DNA from: Eledone cirrhosa | Lineage: Eukaryota | Length of the DNA stretch: 64,000 nucleotides | Reading direction: 5' to 3' | Assembly: GCA_964016885.1 (NCBI GenBank) | Contig: OZ024749.1 | Location: forward strand, 53,754,001 to 53,818,000 | Part shown: positions 45,940-59,776 of the stretch, piece after piece | Numbering within the stretch: the first letter of the stretch is position 1 | Layout of the letters: the number at the start of each line of letters is the position of its first letter | Made by a program: the position numbers and the translations under genes | The notes under the pieces: generated by a model | What the model was told of the DNA's origin: nothing | Database searches by the model: none | Seen by the model: the letters and a program-made list of their open reading frames with translations, nothing else

Positions 45940-45953
45940 GTTGCTACGGTAAC
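45940..45953. promoter_or_regulatory. RFX X-box upstream of LRRC34
   Basis: GTTGCTACGGTAAC fits the GTYNCY-N2-RGNAAC consensus; ~90 bp from a minus-strand donor (CGAAG|GTATTT, ~45851) of a putative non-coding first exon. Confidence 0.65.
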
Positions 45954-46021
45954 AGTGACAGGTTACTTGCCCTTAGTTCCGAATTAGACATTTTATTTAT
46001 CAACGACATGTAAGGTTTTAT

Positions 46022-46813
46022 TATACAAAGCATATAAATAAATTTACAGTAGAATAACATAACAAATATATTTTAAATATATTCATAAATAACATTACAA
46101 ATGCTTAGATAACATTATAAATTGCTCGCGATTCTTTCAGAAGGATATATTATTTTAATGTTGCAATATTAAAGAAAATGTAAAGGAAGAGGTGAACAAC
46201 GGAGCCAACACCAGAGCAAAAGTCAGCAACCAGGAGTACTGGGAACCTCTCTAATGAGTTTGTAGTGACCTACATTCCGCACACTGGCAGTGTTACTTCG
46301 GGTGATGGCGAGGCTGATGCGTTGGAACAACCAAGCGCCCTCGCAAAATTCGCCAGTTACTTCTATTAGGCGAGCCGCCAGTGAAGAGAGGAACCTCGCA
46401 CTCTGCGGCCCGACTCCCCCAAACATCTTGAAAGTCACAGGCTGAAAAATGTAGCTGGCCGACAGATCAGAGTATTTGAGGTTCTTACTCCGCTCGGCTG
46501 CGGAAGCTGTGGCTCTCGTCCTAACCGCAGCATCCAGGATGTGGGAAAGAGCAAAAGAGTCACTAACAGTGACGTCCCAGACAAGGCACCAGCCTCTCGA
46601 CCAGGGGCACAGGTTAAAGCCGTCACTTTTGGACAACCCAGATGGTTCTAAGATTGAGGGGATGTTCGCGGAGTAATATTATTATTGGTATGCCCTACCG
46701 TCAAGTTTAAACCTTTATAATGTTATCTAAGTATTTGTAATGTTATTTATGTATATATTTAAAACATATCTATTATGTTATTCTACGGTAAATTTATTTA
46801 TATGCTTTGTATA
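46022..46813. mobile_element. 100-bp inverted repeats enclosing a CRE-clade non-LTR restriction-like endonuclease fragment
   Basis: Arms 46022-46121 and 46714-46813, 6 mismatches by hand count; minus ORF 46223-46636 with DG.NL.PWSRG..LVWDVTV, K..KY, FQRISLAITRSN. Confidence 0.85.
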
Positions 46814-48758
46814 TGAACTCAGAAAGTAAAAGACTTTAATAACAATAGAGAATAAATATGTCTATATAAGACAGTAAGCATGCAATTACACCAGGCCTGA
46901 ACGGAGAGGAGTCGAGGCCTTACTGACACTGCATCCGTCTCCTCTGCCTCTCCCCATGTTTCACTATAATGAACAAATTGGGTCCCACATTAGCCGCTCC
47001 ACGCCCTGGCGGCCAGAATGGAGAAGGTGTTATGAGGTAAGGGAGAGAACTCTTCAGTGATATTTTGTAAATACACGATTAAGTCGTGTAACAAAGTTCC
47101 TGTCAAAATCTCAGGTAGAATCTTTCCTTTCCAAGTCAATTTAATTCTGACACCTTCATAATGAAATTACATTTATTTAACTTTATGGCTACTGACGTTG
47201 TTGTCATTATTATCAACTATTTATCGCTATCATTCATGCTTCAAGCTGTTTTTTCACACTTCGCACTTAAACGTGAACCTGCTCGGTCACCTTGCTTTCA
47301 TGAATAACAAAAGTAAACACACAAAAAATTACATTTTACTTTGATATCGCCGTTATTATCATTTCTATGTTATTGTTACACCTTATCATTACTATCATTG
47401 CATAATATATAAATATTTTTTTACTCTTCGTTAGGTGGCGATAGTCCAAATTTCGTCCCACATTGAATAGATTTACTTCGTGTTGTTAATAAGTTGAAGC
47501 TAAAGTATAAAAAGTAGAATTAATTGTTTTGGGTGAAAAGTTCCAAAAATAAAAACACTACATGTGATACAGAACTGAAATAACGACTTGATCTGGCTTC
47601 TTTCATCGTGCTGTTAAGATGTCCTTTTAACCGAGTCTACACATATTTATATAAACATCACACAAACACGAGCCGACATGTAAGCCTCAATGTGATCTCT
47701 TGATCTGTTAGAAATAACAGTCAGATCTTCATATCTCACACACGCGGTCATTCAAATAGGAATGATAAGACTGCAAAAAAAAAAAAAAGAAGCCCTATAT
47801 ATATTGCGAACAGTCACAACATGGTTTGTAGGCTTTTGAGGGGCGGGAGTCTTTTTTTTTTTTCTGGGTCATATTTTATATTTGTTTTTAGTCGAAAGAA
47901 TGGCAGGCAAAGTTGACCTCAGCGGTATTTGAACTCAGTGTACTGAGAACCAAAACGAATACAGCATGGCATTCTGTTAACAAGTTTGTCAATTCTCCAC
48001 TTTAGTCACTGAATTATAAGTGGCTGAATATTCAGCTTAGATGTTATCTTATGCCCCAGGAGAATCATCACAAGATTGACTCCTTAAATTCCAGGTACAG
48101 GATTCTACACAGTTTCCGGTTCCAACAGCTCTCAATTAATCATTAAGCAAAATAAACAAGTTTTTAGAGCCTGAAGTAAAGAGGGGTCTCAAAATTATTA
48201 AAAGACGTATTTTTTCATTTTTTTTCTGAGACCTGGTCTAATTTTATAAGAGAAAACCTCCATACTTTATACAGCTTAAAGGCCTCACCAAGTTTTGATC
48301 TACCAGAATTCCATCTTATTGCTTGTCACTGACCAAATGTTGCTCTTACCTTGGTTGTACATTTTGATTGAATTTCAGGAATTAATTTATCATTTTTATA
48401 ATAAACAGAAAATCAGTTACCTTCTCATTATCAACGTTTTTACAACTTTTCCATGCTAGCATGGGCTGGACGGGACTTTTCGAGGCAATGTTTTACAGCC
48501 GGATGCCCTTCCTGAAAACAACCTTTTTAGTTACATCTTACGATACACATACAGTGTCATCATCATCGTTTAACGTCTATCTTCCACGCTAGCATGGGTT
48601 TAGACGGGAATTGTCCCACTTGAGGCAAGATTGGTCGTCTCGCTCGTACAGGACTGTGTAACTATTCTAAATCCGATTTTGTAAACCCTTTTTTGTATGC
48701 AATAATTGATATGCCCGGGTAGGCACTGTCTATATTGTCTATTCCAACAGCATGCCAT

Positions 48759-48790
<32 letters not shown>

Positions 48791-49050
48791 ATATTTTATA
48801 TGTATCTTGTATTTTGTAGGGTTTTCAGGAATTTCTGACTTCCAGCCAAGATGACTGGTAAGTATATAAGTAAAAAACAACGACTCTCCTCCCTATCATT
48901 CCCTCTCCCTTTCTCTATAATTCTATACAGTTCTACGAGGCAGTCTTATTGTTATGTATAGTGTTTGAATTGTTGTTTATAAATGTATTATTAAATGACC
49001 ACCCCTACCTCCAGTACAGTACTGCCTTCATATCTGGCAGATCTGATGCC

Positions 49051-49680
49051 TCATCATCATCATCATCGTTTAACGTCCATATTCCACGCTTGCATGGGTT
49101 TGGACGGGAGTTTTCCCACTTGAGGCAAGAGTGGTTGTCTTGCTCGCATAGGACTGTCTGGCGGGTTTTCTACAGCTGGATGCCCTTCCTAACACCAACC
49201 ACGTTTACAGTGTGGACTAGGAGGTTTTTACCATGTTACCTACACGGCCACATTACAGCGTGGACTGTGTGTTTTTTTGTCGTGACACCTACACGACCTC
49301 ATTTGTTTCGGCCTGGATGTTGTGGTACCAACATAACTTTACATTGAAAGGGGTGGTGGGGATAGGGTGGGGGTAGTGGGACGGGGGTGTATTTTGTTAG
49401 AGGTGCCTACTGACTGTAGTAGGTTTCACTTTGTACTTAGGTAAGGGGGGTCTTCTCTATTACTGTGTAGCGCCAAAGATCTCGGTCCAGTGACATTGTC
49501 TTGGAGAGGTGTAAGTGTGTGAGGTCAGAATTTATCAAGTCGTCCCAGGTTTTTCTGGGTTTGCCTACCGTCTATTTTTATTGCCCTGCACTTTTTTATA
49601 CAGCTGTTGTCTTTCATGCGCACCACGTGACCGTACCAACGTAGCCTTCTCTCGAGTAAACAACATCTGATCCCTCTTAT
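49051..49680 (-). mobile_element. RTE LINE 3' fragment, same family as 26968-29000; short copy at ~48557-48657
   Basis: Near-identical to 26968-27600. Confidence 0.9.
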
Positions 49681-49730
49681 TTCTATATATATATATATCT
49701 ATCTAACTATCTATTTCTATTCCTACCCAG

Positions 49731-51228
49731 TGACTCGCCTTATTGATAAAATACTAATAGCCAACCGAGGTGAGATAGCATGTCGAGTGGTCCGGACAGC
49801 ACGCAAAATGGGGATTCGATCCGTTGCCGTCTTTAGTGATGCAGACCGTAATTCCATGCATGCAGCCATGGTAAATATTGCTATTTGTTTTTATTTACAT
49901 ATCTGATTATTATCATCATAGTTTTATATATGTTTATTTTTCCATGTTGTCAGGTGTTTTACAGATCTGTTTCAATATACCGAGCTGTAAAATAAATACT
50001 GCTAAGTAATATAATAATGAAAATATTGTGTACAGTGCTCAGGTGCACTACAACTCATCAAAAAGTGTATGTATAGTACATAGGGTAATGTACAAACGTC
50101 AGGAAAATGAACAGTGCATGAGTCATGATGTACACATATGTGCATGTATATGGAAGGGGGACATCAGCGAATTTCGGGAAGCATGAGGGTTTTAAAGGAT
50201 GCAGTGTCTCGGCAGCTAACAACTGATGCAGGCAGTTTGTTCCATGCTTCAGCAACTCTAAGCGTGACAGATATGACAAGAAAGATTGCAAGTTTTCACT
50301 CTTATCTGTATGAAATGATGAAATACAGAGAGAAAGATAGGTTATTGGAAAGCTGGTGACATGATAGGACTGGGACTCCTTTCATAAACACACCCAACAA
50401 ATCTCCTATAAGTTGCAGTGTGAGCTTTAACAACAATAAATGGTCTGTCATCATCATTATTGTTTAACGTCTGCTTTCTCTGCTATGAAGGGTTGGATGG
50501 GCTGTTATCAGACTGGATTTGTACTTAAAGTAGAAGTACTGACCCCATGAAGGGCCATGAGCTTTCATCTTGCTTATGTTCCTTTCTGCACCCTATCGAA
50601 TACTTAGACAGACTGGCTGGTGGATCTTGACTTGCTTACATAAGCGCTACATAAAGCACTATAAGTTCATTTTATCATGGCGCTGGTACTAGGAGGGTTG
50701 TCATGTCTTTGACACAGCTGAAGAGTTCTTATGAATATTATTTTATGGTATTAATAGTTATTCCATTTTTTCAATTATGGAAACAATTCAAATATGACAT
50801 TGTTGCATTTCAGGCAGATGAAGCTCACCACATTGGACCAGCAGCATCCCAGTTGAGCTACCTCCAGCATGAGAAAATATTGAACATTGCAAAGCTCTCT
50901 GGTGCCAAGGTATGTTTCTTTACACCCCTACATCACCAGATTTCTGTGGATTTCTTCTCTCCTGAATTTAGATCATCATCTTCATCATGACCATTTTACA
51001 TTCGTTTTCCATGCAACTCCTGGCAGAAATAGCAACGTGAAAAGAAGTGTCTTGCTCAAGGACATAATGCATTGCCTGGTTCGGGAATCAAACTCACAAC
51101 CTCACGATTATGAATCCAATTCTCTAACCACTAAGCCACGCACCTTCACAAATGTGTATATATATATATGTGCTGAATAGGACCCGTCCAACCCTTGCAA
51201 GCAGGGAAAAGCGGACGTAAAATGATGA

Positions 51229-51266
<38 letters not shown>

Positions 51267-54200
51267 CCTTTCCTCTTTCTTAATTTTTTTATAGGCCATA
51301 CATCCTGGCTATGGGTTCCTGTCTGAAAATGCTGAATTTGCTGAGCAATGTGAAAGTGAGAGAGTTACATTCATTGGTCCACCAGCGTCGGCTATCAGAG
51401 ATATGGGGATTAAAAGGTAAAGACTGTATTGGTAGTTCATGGAAACACATACACACTCACATCACAGGCAGTGTATTTTATTAGAAATATGGTAATGAAA
51501 GACATTGAAAGCCATCTATCTTACTCTCATGTTTAATTGCAGTACCTCCAAGATGATCATGTCCGTTGCTGGGGTTCCTATTATTGAAGGTTACCATGGA
51601 GAAGAACAAAGTAACAGCAAACTAAAAGAGGAAGCAGATAAAATTGGTTTCCCAGTGATGATAAAGGCTGTGAGAGGGGGTGGTGGGAAGGTATATATAT
51701 ATACTTTCTTCCTCCTTATGTCTATCTCCACTACTGTGAAAGGCTTACTTCTATTACACCCCTACACTCAGAAAGTATTCGTTTTGATCCATCTTTATGT
51801 TTTCCTCATCAACAGGGGATGAGGATAGCAGAAACTGCAGCAGACTTTGAAGAACAACTAGAGTCAGCCCGAAGAGAAGCTATGAAATCTTTTGCTGATG
51901 ATGTCATGCTCATAGAAAAGTTTATTGTTAATCCAAGGTTTGTATTTGTTTCCATGATGTCATGCTTATGGGAAAGTTTATTGTCAATCCAAGGTTTGTA
52001 TTTGTTTCCATGATGCCATGCTTATGGGAAAGTTTATTGTCAATCCAAGGTTTGTATTTGTTTCCATGATGTCATGCTTATGGGAAAGTTTATTGTCAAT
52101 CCAAGCTTTCTATTTCCTACAACTCTCTTCCATCTGTTCCACTTGCAGACATGTTGAAGTTCAAGTGTTTGGTGACAAACATGGAAACTATGTCTATTTA
52201 TTTGAAAGAGATTGCAGTGTCCAGAGACGGCACCAGAAAATTATTGAAGAAGCCCCTGCCGTATGTATTATTCTTTATTTATTTCATCCATTTGATGCTA
52301 ACTCACCTGATTTTACAGGACAAAAACTGCCCATTTTAAAATGTTCATATTTATATATTAAAACTTTCTGTCATAATTTTATATAACACATTTTTAAGTA
52401 ATGCTCCAAACTTCAACTTACCAATAAAAAGATTGGTTATTTTATTAAATTCTTCTAAATTTCTGATTATTTTATTTTATTTTTTATTTTATTATTTTTT
52501 TAAATTATTTTAAATTATTTTTTTTCTGTTTTCAAATAAAGCCAGGTGTGTCTGATGAAGTAAGAAGGTCATTAGGAGAAGCTGCTGTGAAGGCTGCTAA
52601 GGCTGTTAACTATGTTGGAGCAGGTAAGTACATTATACACATGGAAAGAAAACTAGCTTTCTATCGTGATACACCCAGGGTCGGTGCTTCCATTAAGCCA
52701 ACTAGAGATCCACTTATGGTACACACCTGAATGAGATACATCACTGAACCTTAAAAGATATAAGTTTTATACAGATTTGTTAAATTAGATTGAATATATA
52801 ATTGCTTCTACATTTGGCACAAGGCCAGCAATTTGAAACACTAGTCTGGCATTCACACATGGCTACTGAGATCTGTGACATGACCACAGCTTTAAACACC
52901 AATAAATAATGAGCCATATATATTTATTATACATAAATATGTTGTATATGCTTATATATAGCTCTGTGAGACCTATGTATGTCTTTTATACATAAATACA
53001 TTGTATATATTTTCATATACACCTCAGTGAGACATATGTATGTATATACACCTCAGTGAGACATATATTGTATATACCTTTATACACACCTTAATGAAAC
53101 TTATTGTATATAACTTTATACAAATCTCAGTAAAACTTATGTCTATTATACACATATATTGTATATACCTTTATATTTATATATATACACACCACTCTAT
53201 TAAGTGACTCTGTTATTTCTGATCTTTTTCCCTATCCCTCCCCCAGGGACTGTGGAGTTTGTGATGGACGAGAATTTCAACTTTTATTTCATGGAGATGA
53301 ACACGCGACTCCAGGTAGAACATCCCATCACTGAAATGATCACCAACACTGACCTGGTGGAATGGCAGATAAAGGTTAGTTAGCATTTATCATCATCATC
53401 ACTGTCATGATGATGATCATCATCCTCCATAATAATCACCGTCATCATCATTGTCATCTTTACCGTTATCATCATTATCATTATAATTAGTATTCTTTAC
53501 CTCTTTCCTCTCTCAGCACATCTTACCTTCCAAGAACCTCCTACCTACCATCCCCTAACCATCCAGTGCCCCTCTTGGATATTCCAGCACCCCTCAAAAG
53601 GGGCTGTAGTACCTTCTTTGAGCAATCAGTGCACTAAAGTAGCACAACCCACAGTTTAGAAACCCCTGGTCTTGTCTATAATTTCTCTGTCTCTCTCTCT
53701 GCTGTCTCCCTTAGATAGCAAGTGGGCAGCAACTACCATTAAATCAGAAGGATCTCGTTGTGAAGGGTCATGCATTTGAAGCTAGAATCTATGCTGAAGA
53801 CCCAAACAACAACTTCATGCCCGGTGCCGGAGTCTTAGATTATCTGTCCCCTCCGCAGACTAATGCCTCTACAAGAGTTGAAACTGGTGTCAGACAAGGT
53901 CAGTATTGTTGTTGCTGTTATTGTTGTCCAATTAATCAACTTTGCTCTCCCCTTCAAAATTGCTGGCCTTTTAACTAAATTATAAACCCTTATTTCTATC
54001 ATCAGGTGATGAGGTATCCGTTCACTACGACCCTATGATTGCTAAACTGGTTGTTTGGTCTGACAGCCGGGACTCAGCTCTGAAGCAAATCCAAGCCAGT
54101 CTGCTCGACTATCATGTAAGTTTACACGCATATTCACACACAAACGTCAGCTAATTGCTGCACACACAATCACACATTCACACACACACATCAGCTAAGT

Positions 54201-56467
54201 GGTGTATACACAAGAAAATTTAAGAGAATCCTTTTTTTGTAGTTTTTAAAAAAATTGTTTAAATTTTTCTTTTTCCTTTTTATTTCTTCCAAGTTAAATA
54301 AAAACAATTTTAAAAAAATGTTTTATTTTCTTGTTTTTCTCCCACATTTTCACAGATTGTTGGTCTCTCTACAAACATAGATTTCCTTGTGAGTCTCACC
54401 AAACATGAAGAATTCAAGAAAGGCAATGTGAACACCAACTTCATTCCACAGCACTATTCCCAGTTATTTCCAACTGACAAACTTTCACCCAATCTCCTCT
54501 GTCAGGCAGCTGTAGCATTAATCCTGCATGAACAGGAACAGACACTAAAGATGTCAGCACGTTCCTTTGGTGTGTATAACATATCTGTATAAGTTGTGTA
54601 TGTACATGCGTTCATGTGTATGTATGTCTGAGGTTAACTTTGCCTTTCATCCTTATGGTGTCAATAAAATAAAGTACCAGTAATGCACTGGGATTGATTT
54701 AATCGACTTTCCCCTCCCCCCAAATTGTTGACCTTGTGCCGAAATCAGAAACCATTATATTGTATTATGTTCTTCACAGATGTCACCTCACCGTTCACTC
54801 ACTGCATGGGTGCTCGCCTCAACGAAAATTTGGTGAAAAAAATGACACTCCAAGACAAAGATGAAAGTAAGTGTTGTTGTTGATGTTGTTGTTTAACACC
54901 AGGTCAACCCTGATCAAAGAGGTCCTATGATCATAAACCATTTTAGCTATGATGATTTTGTCTTTTTAGTGGTATCCAATATATTTCTACTTTGTCATTC
55001 AGAATTAGACTTCGAAGTTGTCTTCCTACCTGGTAACATGTTTACAGTCAAACACAAAGGTGAAGAATATTCCATCAGTGCTAAACTTGTGTCAGAAGGT
55101 CTTCGTAAGAAGTTGGTTTGTTCTGTAAACAACGTCATGATGTCCTCTTATGTGGTCTTCCAAAACAACAGTGTACACCTGTTCAGTATGGTAAGTACTA
55201 TGGAATATCTTTTTCTATTACAATCTCTGACTATTGTATCTGTATCTATACTGTATGTATCCAGTTTAGAATTCTTCTTTCTTTGTGAAAGTGAAATAAA
55301 GTATCTTGCTCAAGGACACAACATGCCTCCAGGAATCAAACACATAATTTTGAGCCAACTACTGCTAACCACTAAGCTACATGCATTCACTGCACTCAAA
55401 TACACAATTCAACTATTATTATTTTGCAGGAAGGAAGCCGAGAACTCAAGACACCTCTCCCTAAGTTCCTTGAAAGCAGTACTGGTGCCAGCACCGGCAA
55501 GGTAACTGTGGCCCCTATGCCTGGTGTGCTAGAGAAGCTGTATGTAGAACCAGGAGCCCACGTCAAACAAGGAGACCCTCTAGTTGTGATGATTGCTATG
55601 AAGATGGAGGTAAAGTGCTTATCTCTGTTGTCACCATATATCTTATGAAAGACTGTCTACAATTTTCAAATAACTTTGAAGATAATTAAGAATTTGAAAG
55701 GATTTACTAATATAAATAACATTCTTATTATTAAGCTACTGTTTGGAACATAACTTAACAAAGGTTCTTACTTAGAATTATGATGGAACATCATCATTTT
55801 CCATGTTCATATGGGTAGTCATATCATGAGGCTAGACTAGTTAGGTGACCATACCTTGATCATAGGCATTCCAGCATAAACTATATCATTTATTCAGGGA
55901 TGGTGACACAACAAAAAACACCCAGTACACCCTGTAAAGTGGTTGAGTTGGTTGTTTTTGCACCACAAAAAAAAGCAGTCCACATTGTAAATGTGGTTTG
56001 CATTAGGAAAGGCATCCAGCTGTACAAACTAAACCAGAAACAGATCAGATGACAGTGTCTTGGTCCTACAGAACTAACTCGTCTAACCCATGCTAGCGTG
56101 AAAAAATGGACGTTAAATGATATCTAGTATTGCATTATCGTATCTTTCTCTCTTAAGCTGTTAAAGTGTGATCTGAGTGAGATTTTGGCTGTTATTTCTA
56201 GCATGTCAGCGTTAGATCATGTGCTGGTTGATTGTGACAATTGACACCTATTTTCATTATGTAGACTCTATCTACTTCATATTAAACTAATTATTTTGTG
56301 GACTACCCCCAATTATTAATTCCCCTCTTTCTTCTTACCTCCTCATTCAATTTCAGTTTGTCATTCGTGCTCCAAAGGCCGGAGTGATTAAATCTTTACC
56401 ATTCAGTACTGGAGAAACTGTACCAAAAGGGGCCAGTCTTGTGGAATTTGAAGAAACTGACTCTTAA
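49731..56467 (+). CDS. MCCC1: Methylcrotonoyl-CoA carboxylase subunit alpha (biotin-containing); N-terminal exons unresolved (candidates 46969-47036 and 48820-48857)
   Basis: [30 protein letters not shown]|[48 protein letters not shown], biotinyl motif AMKME; stop TAA at 56465-56467. Confidence 0.95.
51898..52105 (+). repeat. 56-bp tandem repeat spanning an MCCC1 exon end and its splice donor (~3.7 copies)
   Basis: AATCCAAG|GTTTGT with GT at 51938, 51994 and 52050. Confidence 0.95.
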
Positions 56468-58526
56468 GAATTACTGTAAACCTTGATAACGACTTAAAGA
56501 AGTACAACTGTGGGAGACACAGCTTCAGAATAATTGCAGAGAAATATCGATTTTTGTTTTTGTATTCAATAAAAATAGAAATAAATAATTTATAAATCAA
56601 TTTATTGGATTTTTTTAAAATTTCTAATTTATTTCTTTTAAAATATGCCTTAGAGAATCTGTTTATCATATTCAGCAGGTAAAAGGGATTAGTTTATGTC
56701 ATCACAAATCTGATATAAGTCGTGGTTTGTTGTCCTCTGCTAGCTTTTCTTTGTGTAGGTCCCCACAAAAAGAACTTCACTAATAATTTCAACTCTCCAG
56801 CAATGCCCTGCCAATCTGACTCTGTTCTTTGATGATGTCTGATATTGGACAAAGGTTCCCATACAGTCACTCATTGGTCAGACAATCTCTCCAAGTGATA
56901 TTCAAAGCTACTCTTAACATGCATGTGTAGGCTCCGTTTAGTCTTCTGTCCAGTTTTGAGGTAAAGGTCCATGCTGAGTAGTCATACAATAATTCTTTTT
57001 TTAAATGTGAAAACACATGAACTAGTGGTTAGGATTTAGTCTTACAACTGCACAACTGGGTTTGATCCCCAGATTGAGTAACACATTGTCCCTGAGCAAG
57101 GCACTTTAGTTTATCTTGCTTCAGTCCACTTAGCTGAAAAGAAAAAAAGATTAACAGGAATAGTAGCTGTGGGTTACCACATCAAACTGGGATAAGCTCC
57201 AGCTAGGAGAATCTCTAGGCTGGAAGAAAAATAAAAAATATATAAAAGAAATATTGAGCAATAGCCACCAAGCATTTCATTTAAAATATTTATTATAAAC
57301 ACACTTAAATCAAGTTAGGGAGACCTTTCTGTTTTTATTATTTGTCCAGAGAGGGAAAAGCAGTAACCCTTGACTATTTTCAAGACCTCCGAGGTTAGAA
57401 GGAAGGTATCTTCAAACCAGAGACCTGATCTGAATGTTTACACCAGAGGGGACTCAAAAGTACTTAAGGGCCAGGTAGTGTTTCTGTTAAACCAATCAAC
57501 AGATTAAGTATCACATCTAAGAAGGTCATAGCAGGATTTGAACTCAGAGAGTTGAAAAAACACTAACAGTTCAGCTAATCCACACTTCTGGACTGGTACC
57601 CTATTTTATTGACCCTTGTAGAGCAGTTCTTTCAGTGCATACCTCTCCTTATTCTCCAGAAGGGAATCACTATTTTGTCTGCTGGAATCACAGAAAATTT
57701 GCTTGACTTGCTACGATATAATAAACTTATTTCATTTCAGTAAACTAAATCTGCAACACTTTTTCAGAGACTTTCACAACTTTTGTTTTTTCTATTAATC
57801 TATTGTTTTAGGTGTTTTTAAGAAACAATAATTTCGCACCAATCCCACAATAAACAATCTTCAATATACAATATTATCAACTGAGGTTACACAAATCTAT
57901 ATGCCTATTACCCAACTACCATATCCAGTTGGCAATTGTGTTTTTCTTCAAATAACAAAAATAAGGACTTCTTTTCATTAGGCACATGTACAACTGTTAA
58001 AGGCACACACATACACACACATGCATATTCATATATTTTACATTTCTGGGCTTTGTCCAAGCATGTTACTAGTAATTTCAGAGGTCTTCTTATTGAGTCT
58101 AAAATCATGAGAAACATACTGACATAATCCGTCTTCACTAAACCTATATATCATCATCGTTTTAACGTCCACTTTCCCTGCTAGCAAGGGTTGGACAGGT
58201 CTATACAAACCAAGTCAGTACTGAAGCAGGGCTACTGATCTCCCAGAGAGGTCAGGGATCTGCATCTTGCTTATATATATATATTTGAAAAAGAGTCCTG
58301 CATGGCTAAAATCATACAAAGTGAACAATAAATATATGGGTAAAGATGACAAAAAAATGAAGACATTCTTAACTCATCTGTTGATTGCTAGAGATATGTT
58401 AGCAACAAAACAATGTATTTCTAGCGTCTGATGAGTTGGGACTGTTTGTGTTCATTCATTTTTTGTTGTTGTCTTTGCCCATATATATATGTGTGTGTGT
58501 GTGTACATATATATAAACTCATATTA

Positions 58527-58606
58527 GTGTCTGAAGAAAGGTCACTATTTCGACGCCTCTTTCTAGAGGTATGGTCAAATTTGGGCCTTGAAACCATTGG
58601 TAACGC
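58527..58606 (+). ncRNA. Type I hammerhead ribozyme motif (Penelope-associated type)
   Basis: Stem I GTGT/ACGC, CTGAAGA 58531-58537, stem II AAGGTC/GGCCTT, GAAA 58590-58593, stem III ACC-ATT-GGT, cleavage triplet GTA 58600-58602. Confidence 0.7.
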
Positions 58607-59776
58607 CATTGTTCCGTGTATGAACATAAATAATATAACATATATATATTTATATATAGTCATCTACGATGACTTTAGTATCTTACTCATATTTATTGTT
58701 AGGACTGGTAAACAAAAAATATAATATATACTAGATCAATTTCCAGCATGAAATGAACTCATGAGAAATTAAAACTGGGTCAGAAGTTTATTAACCATTT
58801 TGATACCAAACTGCCCTGTCAAAAAATTGCCCTGGATTTATCATACAAAACTGCTAATTTTAAAATGTTTATCTTTAGGTCCAATCTGAGAAGTTCTACC
58901 CCATTTGGTAAGGGAATGAGGCTAGGAATCTTGTCATGTATATATATATATATATATATATATATGTTTATATTAAAACTTTCCGACATAATTATATTTT
59001 AGAAATCTTTGTTAAGTTATGTTCTAAATATCAGCTTACTATTAAAAAAAAGTCATTTTATTGAGTTCCTCCAATTTCTTAGTTATATTCAAACACACAG
59101 TGGCAGTGTATTTCATTAGAAATACGATATCAAAAGGGATAGATGAGAAATGTCAGATACAGCACCCCATCAGTTCAACTAATAGGTTTGGGTAGCTGAT
59201 ACCATAAAGATTGTGTGAAAAATAGTGGAACAACTGGGGTGGCGTGGAGGGGGTGTAGAGATAATTTGAAGAAAAAAAGATAAAAATAAAAGATCTTTTG
59301 AGAATAATATCTGCAGGCAACAGTTTAAGTATAAAGTAAGGTTGTGGCAGTGAATTTATTAAGGTACACTCGGAGGAGGAGATGGGGAGGAGGGTAGGGA
59401 ATAAAGAAAAAAAAAAGGGGGGGGGGAAAGAAAACCTCAACAATGGCATAGCTAGAGTGTATACAACCCTTGAGTTTGTGCTCCTTCCCCACCTCCCACT
59501 ATCCCCGGGGCTCCTCACAAATATAGCCTAACCAGGCTTACAGAACAGAAGAACAGACACCCTGAAGTGCAGCTGACACTCCCCCCCCCCCCTCCCCAAC
59601 TATATTACTGGGGAAATAAAAAGAAAACAAAGAAAGAAGAGAGCAGATCATCTGATTGGACCAAGGAAACAATGTTTCCATTGGTCTTTCCTATATATAT
59701 ATATAGAGATAGATAGATAGATATGATATATATATATAGAGAGAGAGAGAAAGAAAGCAGACCCTGTAACTGTGGT

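Noticed and set aside
46955-47060. Minus-strand hammerhead (CTGAAGA...GAAA)
   Set aside because: No stem II pairing and no NUH cleavage site
57605-57712. Exon-like minus-strand stretch (QVKQIFCDSS...KGQ*) after an AG, possibly an alternative ALG9 last exon
   Set aside because: No phase-compatible donor found and no recognisable homology
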